Shown here: positions 1-11,016 of the stretch, piece after piece
Layout of the letters: each line of letters opens with the position of its first letter
Position numbering within the stretch: the stretch's first letter is position 1
NCBI GenBank assembly: GCA_950097015.1
Contig: CATNEN010000012.1
Coordinates: forward strand, 3,038,001-3,102,000
Direction: 5' to 3'
Length of the DNA: 64,000 nucleotides
Source: Macrostomum hystrix
Taxonomy: Eukaryota; Animalia; Platyhelminthes
Position numbers and translations under genes: made by a program
Notes under the pieces: generated by a model
What the model was told of the DNA's origin: nothing
What the model saw: the letters and a program-made list of their open reading frames with translations, nothing else
The model's database searches: none

Positions 1-112
1 AAACAATAATCCGGAAACTTTTGCAGCACCCCTCGTATAAATACAAATTTCAGCAGCGATTCTGTACTTTTCAAGCCTACATTCGCCATTAAACAAGCAA
101 ACAAATAGTAAA

Positions 113-3100
113 ATGGCCGCAGCAGCCGCTGATCAGGATTCGCTTCATCGCGAGCAGGCACGCCAGCAAGATCCCTGGGCGGCACAGCAGTATAGCCTGC
201 TAGATGCTCCCTGTTCACAAATGATGAACAGGAACAGTGCCGGCAGTGGTCACCGTGTGTATTCGGACGATGCTGACGATGATAGCACAATCCAGACGCC
301 TCCAGGCGGACAGGACGTCCACAATTGGACAATGGAGGGCGCCAATGCCTCGCCTTCGCCGCACGAACTGCTGGACACTTCGCTGAAAATGCTGTTCCGC
401 TCCCAGGAGAAGATTGTCGATCTGAAGCGCATGATTAATCACCTGATCGAGGCCGATGCTGTCCTTCATCCGGGCGAGACGGTCAGTTTCCTGCTTTTCC
501 CAGAATTCACCCTTCCCAACCTCCTCATCCTCACCGTCTTCGAAACTTAGCTAGCTAGCACTTAGCACTTAGCTAACCCCTGTTCCCGATGTACGTACGG
601 CCTAACCCCTGTTCCCGATGTACGTACGGCCTAACCCCTGTTCCCGATGTACGTACGGCCTAACCCCTGTTCCCGATTACACACCGCCTAACCCCTGTTC
701 CCGATGTACGTACGGCTTAACCCCTGTTCCCGATGTACGTACGGCCTAACCCCTGTTCCCGATGTACGTACGGCCTAACCCCTGTTCCCGATGTACTTAC
801 GGCTTAACCCCTGTTCCCGATGTACGTACGGCCTAACCCCTGTTCCTGATGTACGTACGGCCTAACCCCTGTTCCCGATGTACGTACGGCCTAACCCCTG
901 TTCCCGATTACACACCGCCTAACCCCTGTTCCCGATGTACGTACGGCCTAACCCCTGTTCCCGATTACACACCGCCTAACCCCTGTTCCCGATGTACGTA
1001 CGGCCTAACCCCTGTTCCCGATGTACTTACGGCTTAACCCCTGTTCCCGATGTACGTACGGCCTAACCCCTGTTCCTGATGTACGTACGGCCTAACCCCT
1101 GTTCCCGATGTACGTACGGCCTAACCCCTGTTCCCGATTACACACCGCCTAACCCCTGTTCCCGATGTACGTACGGCCTAACCCCTGTTCCCGATTACAC
1201 ACCGCCTAACCCCTGTTCCCGATTACACACCGCCTAACCCCTGTTCCCGATGTACGTACGGCCTAACCCCTGTTCCCGATTACACACCGCCTAACCCCTG
1301 TTCCCGATGTACGTACGGCTTAACCCCTGTTCCCGATGTACGTACGGCCTAACCCCTGTTCCCGATGTACGTACGGCCTAACCCCTGTTCCCGATGTACG
1401 TACGGCCTAACCCCTGTTCCCGATTACACACCGCCTAACCCCTGTTCCCGATGTACGTATGGCCTAACCCCTGTTCCCGATGTACGCATGAACTAAACCC
1501 ACTGCCCAATATACACCCAAAATAACCCTTGTTCCCAATGTACACATGACCTAAACTCTGTGCCCAATGTAACCCACCCTGCCTCAGATTCTAAGCAGGC
1601 TCAATCCTTCTCATTTCTCGCTTCTGTCAAACAGAAAGACGCATTTTTCCAACGCAAGGCTGTAAAAAATTTTTCAGGCTGGCGGCGTCGATGCCATCAA
1701 CGAGAAGTGGCAGCCGCTGCAGCTGCACCATGCGCCAGTGCAGATGCGGCAGCAGCCACCAGCTCGCCAGAGACAGCAGCAGCAACCCGATTTCAACTCG
1801 CCGCCCCAGCTAGTGGGTCGCGGATCAGGAAATCTCATTAAAGAAAATGAAGAGGTAGGAAATCAAATGCAACTAAATTTTCTTATTACGCTACTGACCA
1901 GTAGAGTCGTGCGCTTATTTGATACGAATTATTTCTATACCCAACCAGCTGAAGGCGGTCAACAAGCAGTGGCACGAGTTCTGGTCCAACCAGAAGGCTC
2001 GCCAGGAGAGATTAAATGAGAATTGGGAGCGGCAGTTGAGCGAATTGCGCAACCAGCTGGCGCAGGCCAGGCAATGCCAGCGCCAGTTGCCGCCGCCGCC
2101 GCAGGATCCCACCGAGTCGCTCATTAGCGACACCACTGAGGCAATGCGCCGCCTTGAACGCGAGCGGTGTCGCCTAGCCGACGATCTGGCGCGAGCTAAT
2201 AACGAGCTGGAGGGCCTGAAACAGGAGAATGAAGTGCTGCAAGCCCAGGTGACTCTGTACAAGGAGGACTTTGAGAGGGAGCGAACTGATCGAGAGTCTG
2301 CTCAGGTACTTCTGACTTGGATAATGTCTTATTGTGGGCTGGTGCACCTATTTGTATACGTCAGGATACATCGCAGATTTTTTATAGGAATAACCTATTT
2401 TTATCTAATGGGTTAGCCAATCTCTTATCCAATGGGATAGCCAATCTTTATCCAATGGGATAGCCAATCTTTATCCAATGGGATAGCCAATCTTTATCCA
2501 ATGGGATAGCCAATCTCTTATCCAATGGGATAGCCAATCTTTATCCAATGGGATAGCCAATCTCTTATCCAATGGGATAGCCAATCTTTATCCAATGGGA
2601 TAGCCAATCTTTATCCAATGGGATAGCCAATCTTTATCCAATGGGATAGCCAATCTTTATCCAATGGGATAGCCAATCTTTATCCAATGGGATAGCCAAT
2701 CTCTTATCCAATGGGATAGCCAATCTTTATCCAATGGGATAGCCAATCTCTTATCCAATGGGATAGCCAATCTTTATCCAATGGGATAGCCAATCTTTAT
2801 CCAATGGGATAGCCAATCTTTATCCAATGGGATAGCCAATCTTTATCCAATGGGATAGCCAATCTTTATCCAATGGGATAGCCAATCTCTTATCCAATGG
2901 GATAGCCAATCTTTATCCAATGGGATAGCCGATCTTTATCCAATGGGATAGCCTTGAATCTTTATCCAATGGGATAGCCAATCTTTATCCAATTGGATAG
3001 CCAATCTTTATCCAATGGGATAGCCAATCTTTTATCGAATTGGATAGCCAATCTTTTATCGAATGGGATAGCCAATCTTTTATCGAATGGGATAGCCGTT

Positions 3101-4257
3101 CTTTTATCGAATGGGATAGCCAATCTTTTATCGAATTGGATAGCCAATCTTTTATCGAATGGGATAGCCGTTCTTTTATCGAATGGGATAGCCAATCTTT
3201 TATCGAATTGGATAGCCAATCTTTTATCGAATGGGATAGCCGTTCTTTTATCGAATGGGATAGCCAATCTTTTATCGAATTGGATAGCCAATCTTTTATC
3301 GAATGGGATAGCCGTTCTTTTATCGAATGGGATAGCCGTTCTTTTATCGAATGGGATAGCCGTTCTTTTATCGAATGGGATAGCCAATCTTTTATCGAAT
3401 TGGATAGCCAATCTTTTATCTAATGGGATAGCCGTTCTTTTATCGAATGGGATAGCCAATCTTTTATCGAATGGGATAGCCAATCTTTTATCTAATGGGA
3501 TAGCCAATCTTTTATCTAATGGGATAGCCAATCTTTTATCTAATGGGATAGCCAATCTTTTATCGAATGGGATAGCCAATCTTTTATCGAATGGGATAGC
3601 CAATCTTTTATCGAATGGGATAGCCGTTCTTTTATCGAATGGGATAGCCGTATCTTTTATCGAACGGGATAGCCGATCTTTTATCGAACGGGATAGCCGA
3701 TCTTTTATCGAATGGGATTAGATAAGGCCACGCCCTGTTTCCCTGGGGAAAGACTACTGGGGGGTATACTTTCTGCTTTTCAAACATAAAATAGCCGCGT
3801 TCGGTTTATTTTTCTGCTAGGGATTCCTTTCATTCAGTGGGCTTATCTAGTCAGCTCTCTTCCCAACCGCTTTCACCAGGCTCGTCTAGCCGAACTTCGC
3901 GAACAGCTGAGAATCAGCGGCACGGGAGTGCCAGCTCCGCCACCGCCAGCTATGCCTGCTGCCGCAGCAGCCGGGCCGTTGCCAGCCAATCGTCAGTCGG
4001 CCCTGCAGCAGCGCCAGATTCAGCAGCAACAGCGCATGCTGGCTCCGACTCTCGGCCAGCAGAACATCATCCAAAGTGGTAGCGCCATCTACGACATCCT
4101 GCCAGACTCCATCGCCATCGGCAAGCCGCCCGCGCTGCCACCGCCGGCCGTCTGGCAGTGTAGGCATTGCACCCTGGAGAATCCGGCAGGCGCGTTGCAC
4201 TGCGCTGTCTGCGACAAGGCCAAACCGCAGCCGGCCGAAAATCCCTACCTGGGTTGA
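113..4257 (+). CDS. TNIP: ABIN/TNIP-like ubiquitin-binding protein (UBAN coiled coil + C-terminal RanBP2/NZF zinc finger), 4 exons, ~426 aa
   Basis: Exons 113-481, 1678-1854, 1949-2305, 3880-4257 join in frame with GT-AG ends (all phase 0). LKAVNKQWHEF resembles ABIN LEVNKQWD; EVLQAQVTLYKEDFERERTDRE is a UBAN motif; WQCRHCTLEN-x6-CAVC is an NZF finger. Specific paralog not assignable. Confidence 0.75.
573..1555 (+). repeat. 29/28-bp minisatellite (cctaacccctgttcccgatgtacgtacgg) in TNIP intron 1
   Basis: Direct reading; two unit variants interspersed, degenerate at the right end. Confidence 0.97.
2401..3720 (+). repeat. 22-24-bp minisatellite (ttatccaatgggatagccaatct) in TNIP intron 3
   Basis: Direct reading; unit shifts from ccaatggg to cgaatggg type near 3030. 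Confidence 0.97.
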
Positions 4258-4493
4258 TGAAATTCGGCTAATGGCTTTTTAAAATAGGTACTGCTGCACT
4301 CGAAAATTAAAAAAGACAAAACCAATTAGCTGTGTGTGTGTCATTCTGTGGTCATAATTTTATTTGTTTATAAACAAGTTCAAAGAGTTTCAAAATTTTA
4401 AACAAATCCTAGAATCTTATGTTCACAGAAGTTTTTTCTGTGTTCAAAATTCATTATTGTTTGCCCGATAAAAACGGTACCGATGCATTTTTA

Positions 4494-4925
4494 AACGACT
4501 CAAACGTGTCTAGAACGACTCAAACGTGTCTAGAACGACTCAAACGTGTCTAGAACGACTCAAACGTGTCTAGAACGACTCAAACGTGTCTAGAACGACT
4601 CAAACGTGTCTAGAACGACTCAAACGTGTCTAGAACGACTCAAACGTGTCTAGAACGACTCAAACGTGTCTAGAACGACTCAAACGTGTCTAGAACGACT
4701 CAAACGTGTCTAGAACGACTCAAACGTGTCTAGAACGACTCAAACGTGTCTAGAACGACTCAAACGTGTCTAGAACGACTCAAACGAATTTTAAACGGCC
4801 CAAAGGTGTCCTAGAACGACTAAAGGCTTCTAAAGCGACTCAAATGTGTCTAGAACAACTCAAAAACTTTTTAAACGACTCAAACTAATTATAAACGATT
4901 GAAACGCTTCTAGAACGACTCAAAT
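4494..4925 (+). repeat. 20-bp minisatellite (aacgactcaaacgtgtctag)
   Basis: Perfect copies 4494-4786, degenerate copies to ~4925. Confidence 0.95.
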
Positions 4926-5446
4926 ACTCGTACTTCTAGAAAGACAAAAAATGTAACAGTTTGTAGCGTTACATCCAGCAGATTTGGGGCTCAAAGACAC
5001 AAATTTAGACGACTAGGTATCGTTACTATCGGGTTGTTTCGAAGCATAAAATATTATTTACTCGCCTGCTTGTCCTCAACAGACCCTAATAACCAACCTG
5101 CTTTGCTAATCTTAATGCACTCTAACCTACCCTACTTACTGTTTAGGGGAGTTTAAAAAGGACGTGCCATCATTTTTCGTAGATTATTTTATCATTTTCT
5201 TTGTCCTACATTTTCAACTTTGGTATTGGACAGTCGATTTTAGCTTCATTATTAACCATTTCCTGCTGTAGCTAAAATAATTAGTGAAAGTTATTAAAGA
5301 AAAATAAATTATCCAACTGTTTATCAGAAACTTGTTCGTTTTGCCTTTTAAACGAATAGTTTAGGGCTAGTGTATTTAAAAAACTATCTCAGCTTTTTCA
5401 GCGCATAAAAATCTGACAAGAGATTGATATGCTAAAAGGAAAGAGA

Positions 5447-5950
5447 GATTAGACGCAGGAGAGACCAGACACAGGAGAGACCAGACACAGGAGAGACCAG
5501 ACACAGGAAAGATAAGACACAGGAGAGACCAGACACAGCAGAGATAAGACACAGGAGAGACCAGACACAGCAGAGATAAGACACAGGAGAGACCAGACAC
5601 AGCAGAGATAAGACACAGGAGAGACCAGACACAGCAGAGATAAGACACAGGAGAGACCAGACACAGGAGAGACCAGACACAGGAAAGATAAGACACAGGA
5701 AAGACCAGACACAGCAGAGATAAGACACAGGAGAGACCAGACACAGCAGAGATAAGACACAGGAGAGACCAGACACAGCAGAGATAAGACACAGGAGAGA
5801 CCAGACACAGGAGAGACCAGACACAGCAGAGATAAGACACAGGAAAGACCAGACACAGCAGAGATAAGACACAGGATAGACCAGACACAGCAGAGATAAG
5901 ACACAGGAGAGACCAGACACAGCAGAGATAAGACACAGGAGAGACCAGAC
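5447..5950 (-). repeat. 16-bp minisatellite (agacacaggagagacc / agacacagcagagata)
   Basis: Direct reading; reverse complement resembles the 16-bp arrays at 19478 and 24040. Confidence 0.95.
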
Positions 5951-6654
5951 GGGACAGATGAGATACTGGAGAGATGGAACACGGGAGGTATGAGGTTGAG
6001 TAGAGATGTCCGAAGCGCCACGGGGCTGGATCTAGGCTTGAACATGAGCTGCTGCTGTTACAGATTTAATATTTCTCGGCAGATGGTCTCTTGTCATTTA
6101 ATTTTTTTGTTCCCATTTCAGTGGAACTGGTGAAGATTCTGTACAGTTTTTACATTTTGCAGCGGTTTCTCCTCGATCTCGTTGTTTTTTGTCAAATGTA
6201 ATCTGTTTTGTTTTTATCCTTGGCCGTTTTTTGTCACAAAGCGTCATACGCAGAATTTCTGGAGGATAACGGGGAATTCTAGAATTTTCTGTCTTCTAGT
6301 TTTCTACAAGCTACTTATTATTTTCTTTCTTTTATACTTATTCCGTTTTTCTCCGATTCGTCGGTTTTAAAAATGCTATTCAGAGCCCTGCTTACGCTGC
6401 GACACGTTGTCTATCGTTGGCTTGTTTATTGTTTAATTTAGATGTTTGCAGAGGTTGCTAAGCAACAACTAAATAAACTCCGGTCCACTATTTTTACAAG
6501 CTATGCGACACAAGAATACTTGTTTCTTATGCTAGATATTTTCAGAAAACATTTGTTATAAAAAGAAACATGTAAATGTAGTATTTCAGGTCAGAAATAC
6601 TCTTACAGTCTATACATTTGACCTTCTCATATTTTCCTTCCTCCTTCTTAGCCC

Positions 6655-7330
6655 TTTTCCGCCCTTCCCCTCTCCGGCCTTCTCCCATCTCCCATCTGCC
6701 ACCATCTCCACTTCCACCCCTCCCCTCCCCGCCTTCTTCACTTCCGCCCCTCCCCTCCCCGCCTTCTCCACTTCCGCCCCTCCCCTCTCCGCCTTCTCCA
6801 CTTCCGCTCCTCCTCTCACCCACCTTCTCCACTTCCGCCCCTCCCCTCCCCGCCTTCTCCACTTCCGCCCCTCCCCTCTCCGCCTTCTCCACTTCCGCTC
6901 CTCCTCTCACCCACCTTCTCCACTTCCACCCCTCCCCTCCCCGCCTTCTCCACTTCCGCCCCTCCCCTCTCCGCCTTCTCCACTTCCGCTCCTCCTCTCA
7001 CCCACCTTCTCCACTTCCGCTCCTCCTCTCACCCGCCTTCTCCACTTCCGCCCCTCCCCTCCCCTCCTTCTCTAATCTCCTATCTGGCACCTTCCCCTTT
7101 TCCCTCTGCCTTCTCTTCCGCCCCTTCCCTCTCCGCCTTCTCCACTTCCACCCCTCCCCTCTCCGCCTTCTCCACTTCCACCCCTCCCCTCCCCGCCTTC
7201 TCCACTTCCGCTCCTCCTCTCACCCGCCTTCTCCACTTCCGCCCCTCCCCTCCCCTTCTTCTCTAATCTCCTATCTGGCACCTTCCCCTTTTCCCTCTGC
7301 CTTCTGACGCCTTCTCTTTCTTCTCACGCA
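6655..7330. repeat. C/T-rich low-complexity minisatellite (ctccacttccgcccctcccct...)
   Basis: Direct reading; variable ~27-31 bp units. Confidence 0.9.
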
Positions 7331-7488
7331 ATCTCCCCACGCCCTTCATTTCCATCTTCTTTAGAGACTGATATGAGAAGTGTATTCAGGCCTCACTATT
7401 AACCTTGTTTACAAGTAGTTAGCCCAGTGTTCCAAGAACTCCTCAAAAGCAGCCACTACAGCCACTCACCTAAATCTTCAGCTCAAAA

Positions 7489-10203
7489 ATGTCGCGAAGA
7501 GGTCGTCGCTACTTCGACAAGAGCAACGACTATGGTGTCAACAATCAGGACGAGGACGACTCTGACGACTCTTCAGTCGACGGGCCCAGTGACTTTCTCG
7601 GCACTCCGCTAGAACCCATGGAGGACTCAGACGATGACGCCACCGCTGCCGACAAGAAGCGGCGCCGGCAGCAGCCGCAGAGCGGCCTGCCCGTGCATCA
7701 ACAGCGGGCCCTAGACGAGCGCGGCCGGCCGCTTCGCTTTCACGGCGCCTTCACTGGAGGCTTCTCCGCCGGCCACTTCAACACAGTGGGCAGCGTGGAA
7801 GGCTTCACGCCTGGCGAATTCCGCTCGTCGCGTCGAGACCCGGCTAGAGAGCAGCAGCAGAGGCGCAACCGGCCAGAGGACTTCATGGACGCTGAAGATC
7901 TCGGCGATTTTGGAATTGCTCCGCGTGAGGTTCGCGCCAGACCAGAGTACGACGGAGCCGAGATGCGGCGACTGACGGCTGCCGCGACTGGCGGCGGCGG
8001 GCGCGACAGAACAGCGTCGAGCGACCCCCTGGCGGAGCTTCTGCTGCCGAGCGAGACCGGCCTTGGCGATCGGCTGCTTCGACATCTCGGCTGGCGCCGG
8101 CGGAGGCAACGGAGGCGGAAGCAACAAGAAAAGGACGATGTTGAGGCTCGCGCCGATGCCAGCGATGAAAGCGAAGATGAAAATCATCGGAAGGGCATTT
8201 CCACGGCTGATCTGCTCAGTCAACTTCGTTTAAAACCCGGTCGCGACACCCGCGGCCTCGGCTACTCCGGTTTGGACGCTGGGCGCGCGCTGTTGTCAGC
8301 CTCTTCAGCAACTGCCGCCGCCGCTGTCACAGTCGGAGGCATGCGTGGACACGCATTTGGCGTCGGCGCCCTGGAATCTGAAGATGCCGACGTCTACGGC
8401 GCGGACTCGATGGCCAACTATGACTTTTCAATTGGCACCGAGGCGGAGGAAGCAGCCCTGGCGGGCCAGAGACGAAGTTTCGGCTGGACAGCGCCGGCTA
8501 ATCAGCGTGTCCCGGGCGTTTCGTTCCGAGACGACGAAGATGACGACATGGATGACAAGCCGTTAGACGGTTTCGTCAGGCGTCAAGGCGGCGCTGTCCG
8601 ACGCAAGGTCTACCCGCCGCCGACGCTGCCACCGAACTTTGTGCCGCAGCATCGCCCGACGCAGGCTCCAGACGCGCTGGACATTGCGCTGCGTCAGTTA
8701 CGAGCCGAGGCGGAAGAAGCCTCAGAGGCCGAGGCAGCGCTGCCGAAGCGGCCGCCTTCGTTAGCTATGAAGGACCTATCGGGGACGTCGGCGATCTCGG
8801 CGATTCTTCCGACGCGCAGCAGCCGCTGGGACGTTGCCCCGTCAGCTCCGGATGGCGAGACTGAAGTTAGCGCGGCATCATCGGAGTCGCCGTCGGCTCC
8901 GCTGACCACAGCCCGTTGGCACCAGCAGTTTGGCGACGATCCGGCCAAGCAGGCGCGCTACCACAGCTACCTGCGCTGGCGAGCCGCAGCCGGCGCTGAT
9001 CCCGACGAGGCCTACGCTAAAGCGGCCGCCGGAGCCGAAGGCCTAACTGACTGGGAGCGCGGCCTCGAGCGGGACCAGTTCGTCAGGGCCGCCGATTCGG
9101 CCACGTCGGCCCGTTTAAATCCGGCCAGTTTGAATAGCCGCTTCCGGCCGGCCGGCGCTTTGGAAGATTCTGGAGTCCAGGCGGCCGGGGATGAATCCGC
9201 CAAGGCCGAGGTTGGTTCCGCTACTTCCGGCGACAAGCCGACCCGAAAAGTTACAGAATGGAGGCCGCACGCTATGATCTGCAGACGCTTGAACGTTCCC
9301 AATCCATATCCCGACGATACGGCAGCGGCGGCTACATCAACGTCTAGGTCAGAGAGTAGCCGACACTTCTCGTCAGCGCCATCCGGCGGCGGCGGCGGTG
9401 GAGGCTCCGTTTTATCCTCGCAGTCCCTGTTCGCCTGCCTATTCGACAACGAAACGACGGCGCCAAAATTGTCCTCAGCTGCGCCTGCTGACAAAGTCGA
9501 GCCCGCTGTTGCTGACGCCTCGATCGGTTCCGCTCCGGTTGCTGTGCCTTCGCAGACTTCCGTGGCTCTGGCCGTGGCCACAGCTACAGCGCCAGCCTCT
9601 GTGGTTGAATCCAGTCGGCCGTCCATGGATTTGTTTAGATCGGTTTTCGGCTCGGACGATGAGAACGATGACGAAGACGCTGAGGACAACAGCAAGACTG
9701 AAAAGTTCTCTAGTCAGGGATTTCGAGAAGTCACGCCTGCTGTTCAGGTCCCAACTGCGGGTCCTCCAACGCCTGCAGCTGAGCAGCCGCAGCCGCAGCA
9801 GCAGCAGCAGCAGCAGCAGCAGTCTACTAGTCGAATGCTAGCCGCCAACAGTCTGTTTGCTCACCTCTTTGAAGATCAGCCGCCTTCGCAGCCGTTGCTG
9901 CCGCCTCCACCACCGCCTCCGCCGCTGCGGCCGCCCCCTCCGCCTATAAGGCCGTCCTCCGCGGCCCCTCCGCCACCGCCCCCACCCCCTCCTTCTTCAT
10001 CCGATGCTGATCGCGAGCTCGCCCGCTTAGAGAAGCGACTGCGCAAAGAATTAAAGAAGGCCAAGAAGATAAAAAAGAAGAAGAGAAGGCACAGCAAACA
10101 GCGGAAGAAGAAATCTGACAACAGCGGGTCCTCGTCTGCATCCTCAGAGTCTGATGCGGACGGCTATGAGTTTGTGCCGGTTGTCAAGCCGGCTACAAGT
10201 TAA
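7489..10203 (+). CDS. GPATCH1: G patch domain-containing protein 1, single exon, 904 aa
   Basis: FHGAFTGGFSAGHFNTVGS N-terminal motif, RLLRHLGW, RGLGYSGLD, AFGVGALE-x-ED-x-DVY, EWRP...RRLNVPNPY, RPSMDLFRSVF and a basic C-terminus match the family. Confidence 0.92.
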   Translation: MSRRGRRYFDKSNDYGVNNQDEDDSDDSSVDGPSDFLGTPLEPMEDSDDDATAADKKRRRQQPQSGLPVHQQRALDERGRPLRFHGAFTGGFSAGHFNTVGSVEGFTPGEFRSSRRDPAREQQQRRNRPEDFMDAEDLGDFGIAPREVRARPEYDGAEMRRLTAAATGGGGRDRTASSDPLAELLLPSETGLGDRLLRHLGWRRRRQRRRKQQEKDDVEARADASDESEDENHRKGISTADLLSQLRLKPGRDTRGLGYSGLDAGRALLSASSATAAAAVTVGGMRGHAFGVGALESEDADVYGADSMANYDFSIGTEAEEAALAGQRRSFGWTAPANQRVPGVSFRDDEDDDMDDKPLDGFVRRQGGAVRRKVYPPPTLPPNFVPQHRPTQAPDALDIALRQLRAEAEEASEAEAALPKRPPSLAMKDLSGTSAISAILPTRSSRWDVAPSAPDGETEVSAASSESPSAPLTTARWHQQFGDDPAKQARYHSYLRWRAAAGADPDEAYAKAAAGAEGLTDWERGLERDQFVRAADSATSARLNPASLNSRFRPAGALEDSGVQAAGDESAKAEVGSATSGDKPTRKVTEWRPHAMICRRLNVPNPYPDDTAAAATSTSRSESSRHFSSAPSGGGGGGGSVLSSQSLFACLFDNETTAPKLSSAAPADKVEPAVADASIGSAPVAVPSQTSVALAVATATAPASVVESSRPSMDLFRSVFGSDDENDDEDAEDNSKTEKFSSQGFREVTPAVQVPTAGPPTPAAEQPQPQQQQQQQQQSTSRMLAANSLFAHLFEDQPPSQPLLPPPPPPPPLRPPPPPIRPSSAAPPPPPPPPPSSSDADRELARLEKRLRKELKKAKKIKKKKRRHSKQRKKKSDNSGSSSASSESDADGYEFVPVVKPATS

Positions 10204-11016
10204 TTGAAAGCTTAATAGTAGATAAATTATTTCTTTATATATGCTCAAAGTCTTACATTATTTTGTACAAGAAAGCATTTGTTGTTTAAAAGTTAACTGT
10301 TGTCCAATAAATTACCCATCTATTTCATCGATTTCAACGCTTTTTTGCGTGGCACTTTCCGGCGCATTCTAACGCATTTCATAGTTTCGCTATAAATGTT
10401 GAATGATGTATGATGAATCATTTAGAGAAAAATATAATTCGGCAGGCAGAATTGCCTCCTCTCGCCGTAACACATATTGCGTCAGTAATTACTGCGAGCG
10501 TTCTGCCTTATCAATTAATTATCAAAAACGTATTTATGGACTGATGTGCTACGACGCAAATTTATTCTCTAGTTTTTTGAAGCAATGAAACGCACAGATC
10601 TTTTAAATACGATAGCAACGCATTGTAATTAATGTGTGCTAAAAGTTTCTGCTCGATCCGATGAAACATCGGACGGCTTTGAAAGTAAAGTAGTGAAGTG
10701 GGCAGTGGATATTTGATATACCCTGTGGGCTTTCCACAGAGGGGAAATAGCGTTGTCTTTCTACTGGTTAGGGATCTATCTTGTGGACATTCTAGACAGG
10801 TAAATAAGCAAGCACACTACGGAAACGACACGCCTAATGCTACTTTGCTACTGTATTGTGCCATTTTACACAAACCATGTCTAAGCTTTAAAATTCGTGA
10901 GAAAATCTAAAGTTTGCTCAAACTAATGCTAGATTGGATTAAACAATACAACAGCGGCCTTCTTAACTTGATCCCATCCATTATGGAAGATATCTTGTAT
11001 CATTGCTAATGGCAGA

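Noticed and set aside
2962-3721. Long ORFs on both strands (LSNGIANL / AIPFDKRL repeats)
   Set aside because: Translation of the 24-bp intronic array; flanking exons splice around it.
5376-7307. Cys/Leu-rich and Gly/Glu-rich ORFs
   Set aside because: Satellite-derived open frames with no unique coding context.
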